Shown here piece by piece: positions 25,741-39,600 of a stretch of 64,000 bases of DNA. Origin of the DNA: Pecten maximus (Eukaryota); the NCBI RefSeq assembly GCF_902652985.1, contig NC_047016.1, positions 28,458,001-28,522,000 on the forward strand, given 5' to 3'. The translations under genes were made by a program, and so were the position numbers. The notes beneath the pieces were generated by a model. The model did no database searches, was not told where the DNA came from, and saw nothing but the letters and a program-made list of their open reading frames with translations. How positions within the stretch are numbered: the first letter of the stretch is position 1; the number at the start of each line of letters is the position of its first letter.

Positions 25741-27033
25741 GGTAGTTTTGCAGTTTTGCATTATTAATTTGTAAATGAGAATAACAGCCACCGCATACCC
25801 TATAAAACAGTAATTTATTCCAACCCTTTCCTAAGTAATCTAGAAAACAAGTATGTTTCATATAAGAACTCTGATCGTCGACCAACTAATCGGAAGCTGA
25901 TGTCAGCAATCTAGTATATACGATGTATATAATGTCCTCCATTATTTCATAACACTCATACATTATATCAAAAATTGTCGTCAAGGCAGATTCCGGCCAA
26001 AGGGTATCATTTAGTTTATTTTTAGACGGATAGTAGTAGTTGAGTTAGTTCAGTCATAATACGTTTGATCCAAATAAGATGATATGAACATTTCTGTTTA
26101 TCAAGGAAAAGGGATCCAAAGTGATATTCCTAGTGCTGTTAACACACACAATTCAACTTAGTCAGTTAATACGATGTTTCGACTAATTAAAAATCTGTGT
26201 GGTTGTAGACCTTGTTCATATAAGAAAAATATTGACGTTTTACAATATTGTCCATTTGACTCCAATATTCCACGTGTCCGATCTAAATATACGCTTTTTC
26301 TACATGTGATGCATGCTATGCAGTATATACGGTAAACCTCATTCGGGACTTTAAGGCCTTCAGCAAAGCGTACGATTCAGCAACCTCAAAGGGCTTTTCC
26401 AAAGACACGCAGCTGAATAGTAACATTTAACTTCAACGTTAAATCGTGTTTTTAGATACATGAAATGGTCAATATAATCATAACAACACCACCGACATAT
26501 TTTACTTATTTAAGCTAGTAGCGATTACGCTCCGTGATATATATTGCAATAGTATCCAGTTTGTTCAGGATTATATGCAAGTGACACAAAACAATGCATT
26601 AAGTGTACAAACAGACAAATTTACCTTTTATGTCTTGGTGATCGTGTTAATTTGTCAGCAGACCTCGAAAACATGCTGACATGCAAGTGAAATATATGGT
26701 ATCGAGCACGTACACGGAATGAACATTGTCTCATTTCACACAATTTAGATCAGATTCATCTGCTTCCCCTACCTACATTCTTTACATTTCCTAGTTGATT
26801 AAGTATTGAAGAACGTGCTCTTATTATTACGATATCCATGAAAGATTACAGTTACTGACGGCAAAATAAACAACGCGAAGTTTTTAGAGAGGAATGTTAA
26901 TGAAAAGCGATGGGGTCGTTTTATTGTCAAAAGTATGATCTTAGTTGGAAAAAGTCTTATTCTTTGTGCGATATGAAGTCAAACGTATTCGTGGTTTGTT
27001 GATATGCGTCGTGCTTTTGCTGTCAACATCCTA

Positions 27034-27899
27034 CGAGGAATGATTGATATGTTGTGAGCCTCATTTTGAAGGAGGTACTCAAGGATGTTCTTTTTATGTC
27101 TTATTATTATTTGACTATATAGGACCGAGTGCCCAAGGACTGGTCTCATCTAGTTAGTTGATATTGACGATGTAGCATTCCAAAGTAAACAAAACAAGCG
27201 GCTTTTTCAAAATGACAAAATCGGTGAAAGAGCAGCGATCCAATATTTGCATAAAAGGGTTTAACACGTAAGGATATCTATAATCATATGGTAGCAACAC
27301 TAGGGAAATATGTCCCTTCCTATGCTACATTGAAAAGGTGGGTGGCGGAACTTAAGCGCAGCCGACAGAGCTTTGAGAATTACCTCGGTTTTCTGGGATG
27401 CAAATGGTATTCTGCTGATAGATCATCTCCAAAAGGGACAAACAGTCAATGGCACATACCATGCTTCACTCTTGAGGCAATTACAGGAAATATTAAACTT
27501 AGGCGCCGCGGAAAGCTCACTAAAGGTGTGTTATTCTTTCAGAATATTGCTCATGTTCACAAGTCATTGCATTGGCGGCAATTCACGATTGTGGCTCCAA
27601 ATTGATTGAACAGCCGCCTTATTCACCTGATCTTGCTCGATCAGACTTTCATCTATTTCCAAAACTGAAAACAGCTATTTCAGGCACCTATTTTCTGTCT
27701 GATGATGACGTCATACATGCAGTGGATGAATTCTTGAACAGCCAAGAAAAGAAGTTCTATAAAGTGGCATTAGGGCCATTAAACACCACTGGCAAAAGTG
27801 CATAGATACTGAAGGGGATCATGTTGAAAAATAATACAATATGTCCGGCAAAATTCAAATCCTTCAATATGAGGCTCACAACATATTAATCAGCCTTCG
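27034..27899 (+). mobile_element. Mariner (Tc1/mariner, D34D type) transposon, internally deleted and non-functional
   Basis: About 40-bp TIRs: cgaggaatgattgatatgttgtgagcctcattttgaagga and its near-perfect reverse complement at 27860-27899. TA flanks at 27032-33 and 27900-01. Frameshifted transposase pieces: PSYATLKRWVAELKR, SVFWDANGILLIDHLQKGQTVNG, PPYSPDLARSDFHLFPKLK. Confidence 0.95.
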
Positions 27900-28303
27900 T
27901 AGTTCTAATTTTTGACAATGTGACCAGGATTCGATCTTGATTTATGACGGCTGTCGTTTATCAAGTAGAATACACTTCCCCTTATGGGACACCTTATTCT
28001 CCTTGTGCTTTTGCAAGTTTTACCAATTTTGAGTTAGATTGATGGTCTCGTTTCCGTTTCTCTGTTGCGCCACTTGTTTTCTCGTTCCCTTGAGATATAC
28101 TTAAAGGAAAAGGATCTCTTATATTCCTAGTGCTAGTCATTTAAAAGACATGGACGAAAATCAATTGATCTTATAATGAAAGTACACATCTTCTCTTACC
28201 TCATGTAATGAGTCAGCAGTAGTTTTCGTCAGACATATTCCTTTTTTAGCATATTGATAACTAAAAGTCATATCATTCTACTCTGATGGTTTATTCATAA
28301 AAC

Positions 28304-30524
28304 TCAACCAATTATATTTTCACCAGTTTCTAAGCTGTAATGAGAAAACAAAAGCACAAGCTCAATTTCAGTAAATAGAAATTATTCCAATAAAAATATT
28401 GAAATCTGTGTTTTCTTAAAACCGTTAACGAAAACAACTAAACGGTGCCTATTTTTTGTTCTGAAGTAATTGTGATTTGTTATATAATTATCGTTTGTCG
28501 CAATCATTGCTGCACATCCATGAAAATTATACGAGAACATGTTTTTTTTTTGTCAAATATTACCTTGATTTGCAAACGTAGTTCCAACTTGCCCCACACG
28601 GGTTGTCGCCCATCTTGAAGCCCTGTACACCCCACAAAAGAAGACAGTTTTCACTCCCAGTGTTAGTAGGCTCCCCCGTGGCCCACTCCTGATAGGAGAG
28701 GAGTTCCCCTGAAGACGCCCATCGCCAAACATGTTCCACTTCTAGGTCTGTGCCGTCAATCCAATATATTACTTTTGCTGCATCTGAATGTCCGATTTAA
28801 ATATCATAAGTTAATATTTTCAAAATATCTTTATTTGTTTATCTTATTTTCTTAAATATCAATATATTTTTATTTCATATTACAAATTTGCCAATGCTTG
28901 CTTTTATACTGTGCCCGTTTCATTTTTCAATCTTACCACTGGGATGTATTTTCATAAGAGTAGTCTTAAGAAATGTATGTTCTTCGGCTGACAAAACCGT
29001 GGCCAGTGTACTGTGAAGTGCCTCGCATGTTTCCTAGGATAAATGTGTAAAACATTTAAGAAATGATTTAATAATATATGAAATAAAGCATTATCCCGTT
29101 TTTTTACTCGGTATATTGTATAAGTTTCTTATACATAGCATAGCTGATGGAGTATTTTTATTTCTGATATTTGCCTTAAAACAGCACGTTCTGACTAAAT
29201 TAAAATTGAATAGTCGCACTGGCTCAAACTATGTTTGCGAAATTAATGTCCCTTCAAGCTCATCCAGTATTTTGAATTCATTAGAATAATTTTACTTTTT
29301 TGGAAATACATGTATGTTTATTCTGATTTCTTTGTTTTTCCAAACTTTCCTTCTTTGTTGAAAACAAAAAACAACGTTTGACCCATAGCAGAATGAAGAA
29401 TGCATTCCTTAATTATTCGATAAATCCTCTTTTATTTCATATCTAAATTTAATGTACTTGGTGTTTATAAACAAGCTTATATCACTAAAATGTTTGCCTT
29501 TTTATTATATGAATGTCTGCTATCCTCACAATTAGCACAAATCAATGCACGGAGTTCTTCACAAAAATCACAGTAACATAACGTAAATACAATGTATAAT
29601 TAACCACCTGGAAACGAGGTTGACCTGTAAGGTCACCCGGTGTATACAAAATAAACTACTGGTACACAACCGGTGTATATGAAAATAAAGTATAATTTTG
29701 GTGATTACAATTTATACACATCCTATATACATTTAATAATTTAGTGTAATCGAGAATGCATCGACCAACTGAAATACAATGCAGTGAAAATGAAGGAAAT
29801 TTGATAAAATCCCATTCAAATATCATTAATTCACTTGATATAAAACATTACACAAACAAATTAATCACACCAGGATACTTAATTAGATAATTCACTTTCT
29901 TACAGTTTTCTGCCAACCCAACTATGACATGTATGTCATTGGTATGAAATTACTTACTGCAGCCTGTGGCCATGACAGAAGATTATGAGAAAAATAGTAG
30001 CAGTCTTCTTCAAATGGTAACCAGCCGTCTCTACACGGACCTGTGGCTGAAATACAGAAGCGTGTACAGTTGACGCTTCCCAACAATTTAAGTAAAGATG
30101 AATTATTTGTGTATGGAATCAGCAACCTTGTTAAGGGTAGATAACTCGATCAAAGAACGCTGTGCAGTGCTATAGCCGATAAACGTTTTCTTTAAACTTC
30201 AAAATGTAATCTTCTTTAGACAATTTTAGTAATTATGGCACATTTAAACTGCTTACGGAATAAAATTGATAACCTAACCCTAAAACTAAACTATCTTCAG
30301 AAACCAATTCGAATCATAATACAAATTGAATCGAATACAATTTCAGTACAGCCTTTTGACCTGGCATATGACATGCTGCTGGTAAGTCAGCTCTCAAATT
30401 AAAATAATCAATCAAACACATACAAGAATAGTTTAAAATATAAATAGTGAGAAGATAGTTTCATTGACCTACCTGTACAAAGGCCAGTCCAAACGAAAAC
30501 AAATAAAATAACTATCGCTTTCAT
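28304..30524 (-). CDS. C-type lectin 4 (perlucin-like; EPT/MGD)
   Basis: Exons 30524-30473 (MKAIVILFVFVWTGLCT), 30046-29958 (PCRDGWLPFEEDCYYFS), 29033-28937, 28783-28564 (YWIDGTD..WATGEPTNTGSENC..MGDNPC..YVCK), 28334-28304 (LETGENIIG*). Confidence 0.92.
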
Positions 30525-31245
30525 ACTGAACAAGATGACGTCAGTTCTGCTTACAAGGTATACTGATACAATGCACATATGTAGTAGGATTGTCCGCGGG
30601 ACCATTGTCCGATAACCCAAAGTCTGTCTTAGAGAAACCATGATAAGATTTTGTTGTGATAGGTGTTGTAATGTTGTGTACAAAACAATGTTAAAGGTAG
30701 ATTATCATTCCTGGATAATTTGATATTTTTTCCATAGTTCCATTGCTTAAGCATCCCTTTAGTGCTCGGATACCCCAGGTTCGAGTAGGGTTAGTTATTA
30801 TATTTTCAGTGTTCTCATTAGTATCATAACACAGTCTTGTCATTTGTGTATTAGTAATGTAAGGTATTGCAATTGCATAAGGAATTACAAAAATCAAAAC
30901 AATTGGTGATGAATGTATACAATAAAGCGATTCAATATAGGTCACATGGATTCGAATCGGTTTGATTATCTTATATAGATAATACGCCCACACACAGGGT
31001 TAGCATTAGATTATAGTCAAACAATTTCTCCTTAATAGAAATCTATTGTTCACAACTGCTGTTTATAGGAGCAAGGGGATACATCTGTAATTTCTCATAT
31101 CCTTTCGAACGGTGAACGTCTTACCTTGGGTAATGACGTACAACGTAACTATATATATATTATCTTATCGCATCCTTATCTTTGCTACATATATTTCTAG
31201 CGGATGATATTTTTGTATGTCTATCACGGATAAACAACACTAAGA

Positions 31246-34187
31246 ATGATGAAGACCAGTTTGCTTTTACTTTGCTTGGTAGTGTGTTTTACACAGGGGG
31301 AAGGTATATTCTTTATATTTTATTCTATTCTTCGAAAAAGTCTTTATTTCACTCTATATACCTACTTGGACTAGAAGCGACATGTTGTATTCTTTTAAGA
31401 AATGTTAGTCTTCAGGCCAACGTTAGTATAAAGGCGAACGATAGTCTAAGGCGAATATTAGTCGAAGGCGACTGTTAGTCTAAGGCAAATATTAGTCTCA
31501 TGCGAATGTTGTTATACAGGCAAATATTAGTCTCAGGCGAATGTTGTTATACAGGCGAATATTAGTCTCATGCGAATGTTGTTATACAAACGAATATTAG
31601 TCTCAGGCGAATGTTGTTATACAGGCGAATATTAGTCTCAGGCGAATGTAAGTCTAGTTTGTAAGGTTTGCTTATCATCTCATTCCATTAAGTATTATAA
31701 GCTAAGATATGTCATTTCATATTGATCTTATTCGATGTATTTGAATGTTAGTCTAGTTTTTGTTTCCAATACCACGTACTATATTGTAGAGATAGTCTTA
31801 ACGATGGATTCAATTTTATTTGTGCAATATTTCAATGTTTCTCATGTGAATAAGTTTGTATAAATAAACAGCACAATGCCGGGATGGATGGCTAAGATTC
31901 CACGACAACTGCTACCTGTTTTCGAGAGACAGGGCACCATGGGGTGACTCAGCGGTAAATACATTTTGTATACTTAATGTAAAAATGTTTTTAAAAAACC
32001 CAACATTTGGTTAAAGAACTTTGATCTCGTACGAAATTTAAACGAATATGAAATCAGTAAATGGCTCTGCGTTGGTATATAACTTAAACGCACGTGTCTT
32101 TAGCAGAAAAGCCTAACGACTTACGTAAGTGTGCATTGTACTTCTTTTGCTTTATCTGTTAAACGCGATATATAAGTGTTTTGTAACCGATACATAGTTT
32201 GTTTAATTAATAAAATTCTTAGGTATAATTAATGAAAAGTATTTTTATTTCATTGTGCTTGAGGTATAAATTAATTAAACTTTTCGATGTGAGCCTGACA
32301 GGCGACGATCGACACGAAGGCACCGAGGACATTAACGTTAACAGATATGGTCATTATTAAGAAAACATAAATCTATTGTCAAACATGAAAAATTCGAAGT
32401 CCCGCTGTTTCGAAGTTTTTCTGTTAGTCCCTTGAACTTCGAAACATTGAAGTTTTACTGTACTACATTGCTGATATATCTTACTCTCAAGGCATTCCAC
32501 CTCCCTTACGCTTTAAATATTAAAACAAAGTGTGCTTCCTGCCATCAATACAACTTTGAATATACTCATTGTCGAATCATGCAGATGATTTACTTATCAT
32601 TACTAATTTTTTTATATGAAGTCAATATATTGAATAAGCAAAATGACTCGGTATATAACGGATTGTAATCTCACAAACGACATTCTACTTTATAACTTAA
32701 TGATTCAATTTAAAATTTCCTGAGCAATGCTGTTCTATTTTAGGCTGTATGCAATGCTTTTCATAGTCATCTTGCAATTGTGGAGTCTGCAGAAGAAAAT
32801 GCATTTCTGAAGTCGGAACTGAACCATTTGCATGGCGGTAATATTTTTGCTATATTTAAGGGTAACATAATGTAATGATATGATTATTGATATTGACATC
32901 CAATACATTCAGTATAATTATTATTGTAACCGCATAATTATGAAAGATCAAATCTTTAAACATATGAAAAATATGTGTTTGTATACATGTACATTGCGTA
33001 TACGTATGTCCATATCATCGACTTTTCTCCTAATTTCTTGTTTATTTAGGAATAGCAAAACATACATTGTAGTACTTTTCAATTAAATATATATAAAATC
33101 ACTTGGATCATAACTGCATACACAGCAATAATGCTTAGATAGGAAAGGCAATTGTTAATAAAAACAAATGATTTTGTTCGGTTTATGTTTCAAAGAAAAC
33201 AATAAATCAATTGTTACTCCTCCGCTCATTATTTTACTTTCAATTTCGTCGCACACGGATACAGATTGCATTCAATCAGCAAATCAGTTTAAAACATTTG
33301 TAGAGAAGAAACAAATATTTTGATGTGGAAACATTTATAGTGTGTTAATATACATTTTTTATCCTTAGTTCGTGTCCATCCGAAAAGTTACGAAATGAAA
33401 ACAAAATCAGTTCACGGTTAATTTGAAATAAATCCATCTGTATCACACCTTCAGGGCGTCGTGCTAGTATATCACTCCTGTACACACAATATGCCTTGAA
33501 TTGAATTTTAGGCGGGTCGTCTGCTGCGTATTGGCTTGATGGTACTGATATAGAAGTTGAGGACATATGGCGTTGGACATCTACTGGTGACAAAATTACT
33601 TACCTTAATTGGGCAGCAAACCAGCCAAACAACGGCCATGCGTCTAACTGCATGTGTCTGTATGGGGGCCTGTCATTCAATATGGCTGACGAACACTGCA
33701 GTACAAATTATAACTATATATGCGAAATGAGGTAAACAAAATTCTTAGCATTTATGCTAACTTGATCAACGTGCCATTTATTTAAAAAGACACGCTATAT
33801 TTTTAGCGGGATTTTCATTTACAGATATTTGATCGAAAACAAGAAAAAAAAATGTAACATTATGAGATATCGAAGAGTAATATATTACACAGTTAAAGTA
33901 ATATCATGTTTGCTTTGTTTTGAGACTATAGCAATATCAACGGATTTAAAAAAAAAAAAAAAAAAAAAGCCACACGTGCGAATATCGCACAAGCAAATAA
34001 CGCTTTTAAATTGCACTAGTAATTGTAAGAAGTATATCTTAAGTATATGCAATATGTAGGAGTCCGTCCTTCTGTGACTCGACCACGTTGGCAGAGAGCC
34101 TAAATGTGAGAAAGATTGGAAATGTGGTGTTAACACGATATTTAAATTCATTGCAGTGCTGTTGATGCTAGTGAAGTTCTTGGATGA
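31246..34187 (+). CDS. C-type lectin 5 (perlucin-like; QPN/MAD)
   Basis: Exons 31246-31303 (MMKTSLLLLCLVVCFTQGE), 31872-31954 (QCRDGWLRFHDNCYLFS), 32744-32837, 33512-33731 (YWLDGTD..WAANQPNNGHASNCMC..MADEHC..YICE), 34157-34187 (AVDASEVLG*). Confidence 0.9.
31400..31655. repeat. Minisatellite of 17/18-bp monomers forming a 35-bp higher-order unit, in CTL5 intron 1
   Basis: aggcgaatattagtctc alternates with aggcgaatgttgttatac. Confidence 0.9.
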
Positions 34188-35044
34188 TCCCTAAAATATA
34201 TTTTTTATTTCCATAATTATATTTTATCGTATTGTTTGTTCTATTGAATGAAATAAATATAATAAGATAAAATCTTTGCTCATGTTGCTTACTTTCTATA
34301 GAATCATGAGGTATACTTCTATGTTGTTCCCCTTGACTGTCTTGTATAAGATACCCATAGAAAATCAGAACATAATTAAATACCATAAACCTTTCTCTCA
34401 CAGTTTGCTGATTTATCTAGATATGAGAGATTTCTCTGTCAACCCCTATGTCGTGACAGATGGCACGCGTTTACCTTCTTAACGGGAAGTACTTCCGGAA
34501 CTAAATAAAATGAATGAATAACTTGCCCGGCAATCTGGCCTTACACATCACTTGACACACAGATCCCCGGTCCCTCAACAACTACAGATACTTAAACATG
34601 TTCAAAGACAAAAAAAAAAAATGTCCGCGATTCTCTCTAACACAGTAACATCTGAATATGACGTCAACAGCAAACCTACCTCCCATGAAAGTGATAGCGA
34701 TATCATGCAGCTACAAGTGAAGATATGGCACAACAGGATTTCCTTTTGCTCGACTCCTGCTGATTTCACGACTTCAATTTTTCCATCTATCTTAGCATCA
34801 ATAAGTTCTTGACACTTGATACCTTGATACCTCCCTTAGCTTAGTCAACCAGGACTACTTGGAATACTGAGGCATCTATTTATCACAATATAACAATTTT
34901 AGAAAAAAAATGTCTCATAAATGGTTAATGAAAGTTATTGCCGACAAAACTACTGCTTTATTTCTTTGCAAAAAGACGAAATATATCTGACATTTTTGTC
35001 TAAAATTTTAACAATTACTCAACATCATAATTAATAATCAAATG

Positions 35045-35660
35045 ATAGTAGTAGGTCTTGCTATATTGATTGTATTGCTGAATCAGCTTCTATGAAACTA
35101 ATACGACTTCATTTGTAGTCTGGGACGACTGTTCTCGAAAATGTTCATCTATTTGCAGCTCGAATAGTTACCGGTTTACCAGTATATACACCAAAGCAAT
35201 CAATTTATGTTGAAGCAGGACGGGAACTACTATCAGAACCACAAAAACAAAACCAAGTAACGACTCAATTCAAAATCCAAAATATGTCACCAAATTACAT
35301 GTATCTATCAAGTATTCTACCAACTTACGCTCCGATTAATTTGCTTATGCTTCCTGTAATTCGAACAATTTCACTATGCCTTGACGAATAACTTAATTAC
35401 TGAGAAAATACTTTGCCTTACGCTATATCCAAATAAAATTTCCTAACCCTTATATAAAGCCAACTTATTCCCTAACTGCCTCTATAACTCATTTTAAGCA
35501 GGGTATCGTTTCAGTTCCAAAACTCATCACTACTAGAGACAGAAAATTAACAATGATACACACAAGACCTCGTAATGTAGTACACTGAAAAGCGATGTGT
35601 TCAAGGTTTAACTTATAAACGATCCTTCATGTATACGTGGGGATATCGAAAATGACTTGT
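35045..35660 (+). mobile_element. Degenerate CR1/L2-type LINE fragment
   Basis: Remnants IVWDDCS..AARIVTGLPVYTP...IYVEAGRELLS and a CR1-like 3' end. Confidence 0.6.
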
Positions 35661-36620
35661 CCATTGTATCTAGGACCAAGAAATTGTTTACTACGTAATC
35701 GTAGAAGGAAATGTAAAAAGTAATATCAAAAGAAAAGTATGATTGGGGTATATTGGGTTAATTGTTTCAAGATTTGTTTAGTCATTACCGGTCATGTAAT
35801 ATATATGTTTTCCCATAGACTTTAGTGTTAACGTTTTGGAGTATTTTATTCAAATTCTTGAAAAAAAAAAGTTGGGTCCTTAAGCTCAAATTTTCTCCAG
35901 AATAGCCATTTAGAAAATTGGTGAATTTCGCAGTAAAAAGTCTCAAAAATCTTAAATGTTTACCTGTTAATTATTATTACCTGAACTTTTGGGAAAAAAT
36001 CAATCGGACTAACGAAATTTCTATCAACATTTCTTATTGATAGTTACCTATCAGTGGCTGCCAGACATTTTATCCTTGGCTCAACTTTCTATACACAGGG
36101 GCTGTTTCAAAAATATATGTTTTCAATTGGTTGGTTGTTCCCTTCTACAAGTTTCTGGGGCGACACACATAAAAGCCATTTACAAAATGCTTTCAAATCA
36201 ATATAATCTGCGGTATACTTTCTGTTTAGATATTTTTGTGCTTATTGTATGGTTCAAACTATCCTATTTCGTTTAATAAATTATTTTAGGTTTTACTGTT
36301 TTGTGACAATCTTCGTTCTCAGTTTAGTAATTTAGTTACGTATTTGGTTATTTAGACAAATGCATCATCGAATAATTTGGGTTGAATAGCTAAGGGAACA
36401 AACAATGTACCGATGCGTGGTCTTTAAATGTAAAGCAGTCGTTAGGCAGACCTCACTTTTGTAACCTTTTATTACCGTTATCTTATCGAAGTTGGACGAG
36501 GTCAACGACATCATATCACGTTTTGTCCGCCGTTTTCTTTGCAGTTCCAAACTAGATAGTCGCATACAATATAACACAATCATAAGTACGCTTACAGCTA
36601 AAAGAGAAGGATTTCCAATC

Positions 36621-39600
36621 ATGAAACAGTTACAAAAAATTACTGTACTTTGGATTTGTTTAATAGTTCAAGCAGTAAGAATACAAGGTAAGTGACGAAA
36701 TATTCATCTGAATAAATGGTGCATAATTATCGAGGCATCCATTTGGGACGAGATATCAACCATCAACAATTAGGGTAAAATGCCACGTATTCTAAATCTA
36801 TATCATAACATTATATTTCTGTCTATTTTTCCGGTGAATGGAATACGTCAACTAAGACAAATGTATGGGGGGAAAATCAGAAAATATTCATATATGAAAT
36901 CAGGCTAAATTTACATGCATAATAAAATGTATTCCTTTCTGTATAGGTTTCACTTCCCTGTGCCGTTTGAACATCATGATAACAGTAAAAAACAACGACA
37001 AATGATATTGTCGCTGTTAGATCTGTCCGGCCTTTCAGAATTAATAGCTAACTACAACACATGTCGATTTAAAATTATGGCAGGAAGTGCCGGATCACTT
37101 CCGATTGATAGAAAATCATATAACTAACTGTTGTTACCAATTAGTTTAATATTTAGGTTAAGAAAGATCATGTGCAACACTGATTTTCTCAAACCTCAAT
37201 TAAATATGAGTTAGACAGTAATGGAAGAAGTACACACAAATGTATATTTATTATGGAGAACGTAAGTTTAAATATATAAACTGCATGTATTTATCATGAT
37301 AAACAATGAAAGCAAAGAAAACCACATAATCCCCCTTTAAATGAATTCATTATGAACTGAAATTCTGAGGGTGATTGCCCCTTCCTATGTCACAACGTTT
37401 GTCCTTATCATTAGGGTGCAGAAACGGATGGATACAATTTGAAAACTCCTGCTACTTTTTGTCAAAAGACGCGGAGACCTGGGCTGAGGCATCGGTAAGT
37501 AATTTGAATTGCTATTGAAATCACGAAAGACAGTATGCTTCTTCTTTTATAAAGAATTTTATAAAAGAAAGAGATTTGCACTTATTATTGGTAAAAATCC
37601 TCAAAACGTATAAAACTTACTCAACTAAAAAAATGTCCATTAACGTTGGGTTGGTTTATATGTCATAACAAAGATGGCAGGTACCCACCGCGGGCGAATA
37701 GCCCTAAGTATGACTTTACTGAGAGTGCAAGGAAAGAACAAAAACTATATTGTTGTACAAAATGGGCAAGGATGGGGATCACGTCATAGTCACGTGATGA
37801 TATCCGATTAAAACAGCAAATGGCAGACACATCATCGACTATTGATTACCACTGTCATCCTGACCATATTTAAAACGTTTGGAGAGGCATTTAATTGCCA
37901 TTGTGTCATTGTCATACAAACGTTAAATTCGCCTAGTATGCTACTGTTATGATACATAAATAACACAGATTTTTAAAAATATTTTTTTAAACTTTTTGTT
38001 TCTATAATTATTTTACTTTGTCAATATCTAAGTTACATCATATTTCAGATAATTTGTGTCGATCTGCACAGTCGTTTGGCCACTGTGGAGTCAGCTGCTG
38101 AGAATAACTTCTTGAAGGCAGAAGCACATCGTTTGAATGCTGGTAATATTCATTATGTAAATATATATATAAGCAACAACCATAGATATTTGCCGACATT
38201 TACTGCCTGTTTTCTCTGTGAATACTAAATGTATTGTCCATCATGGTGTAACCACTTTCAAATTGATCCGACCTTTGACCTTTGCCACTCATGTTAACGT
38301 ACACAAAGTTAAACACATACATTCACAACGAAATTGATAATGATGTGAGATTTAACTTCACAGCAATAAAAAAATCATTGCCTTAGTTATTTTATTTCAC
38401 TTTGATACACAGGAAAGGTGTTTTGATAGCTTGCATATTAAAGATTACCATTTTTAAAAGGTAATTGCACGTTCGTTTTGGTGAAAAATAGCGAATAAAT
38501 GGTTGAATTACTACGTAATAAAAACAAAGAAGACATGATAAGTAATAGTTTTTCATTGCTCACATTTTTTTCTTTCATCACCATGAACAGAAAACGAAAC
38601 CTTTATTAATATAAGTATATGTTCTTTATCTAGGTTTCACAAGTTTTAATTCGCATCAATAAAAACAAATATATCAAAACGATTTTTGGTCAATGTTTCG
38701 TTAAGTCCATAATTTTTTTTAAGATATTAATAAGTTAAATATTTACTTTATCCCTCCCATCCGTATAGCTGTACATTTAAGATAGAGATAATGTATTGAA
38801 ATAATGAACAACCAAACCTCTGTACTTTAGTGGGATACTGGTTAGATGGCACAGACTTTGAGGTAGAAAATGTATGGCGTTGGGCAGCAAGTGGTAACAC
38901 AATCACCTATACCAACTGGGGAGGTCATGACCCAAACGAGGCAACGCATGCAAACTGCCTAGCTCTTTGGAGAGACTTTGGATATCAATGGGCTGATGAA
39001 GCATGTCGACATGTCTGGAACTTCATTTGCGAAACGAGGTATGTTATTTCTGCCTAATAATATGGATGGTCCCCTAAGTCTTAGTATGATCAGTATGTTA
39101 TAATTAATCCCGTAACAGAGTACAAGCGTTAATATGGATGAATATTGAATGCATTTATGATTATTTGAACAGTTGATGAATTAGTGCCCTGATATTATTG
39201 GTTTGCCTAGATAACTACAATAAGACAGTTCCAGTCTATTGTACTGAAAACAAATTGCTTGGATTACCTGATAAGTCAAAATCGTATGTATATGCTACTC
39301 CGAATAGTTAAATATAGGTAGCAGACTACAGTAGGAGAGGCTGGTCATGGGAGATTTTTTTATTAAGCAAATTACTCCTGTATTATGATATGCATAACAA
39401 TGGGAAAACAATCTTTATCATAATTAGTATATTCATTATCAAATAGTATATACAGGCTTCACATTTGTTTAAAAGAAATTGGTTCCGGATTATCAATTTC
39501 CGGATTTTCTAAAAGTTTGTTTATGACTCACACAACTAAATCAGCCAATCAGCTGGTGTTTTACCTCAACCAAGTCCCCGAGGAAAATGTATTTCTTAGG

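Noticed and set aside
31400-31655. CRISPR-like repeat array
   Set aside because: Contiguous tandem units with no unique spacers and no cas genes, in a eukaryotic intron.
33824-34059. Lys-rich ORF as the CTL5 terminal exon
   Set aside because: Derived from poly-A runs. 34157-34187 matches the family tail.
39172-39215. Nearby AG-preceded segment encoding PDIIG as the CTL6 terminal exon
   Set aside because: In the required phase it gives an immediate TGA. 40537-40570 fits the phase and the family motif.
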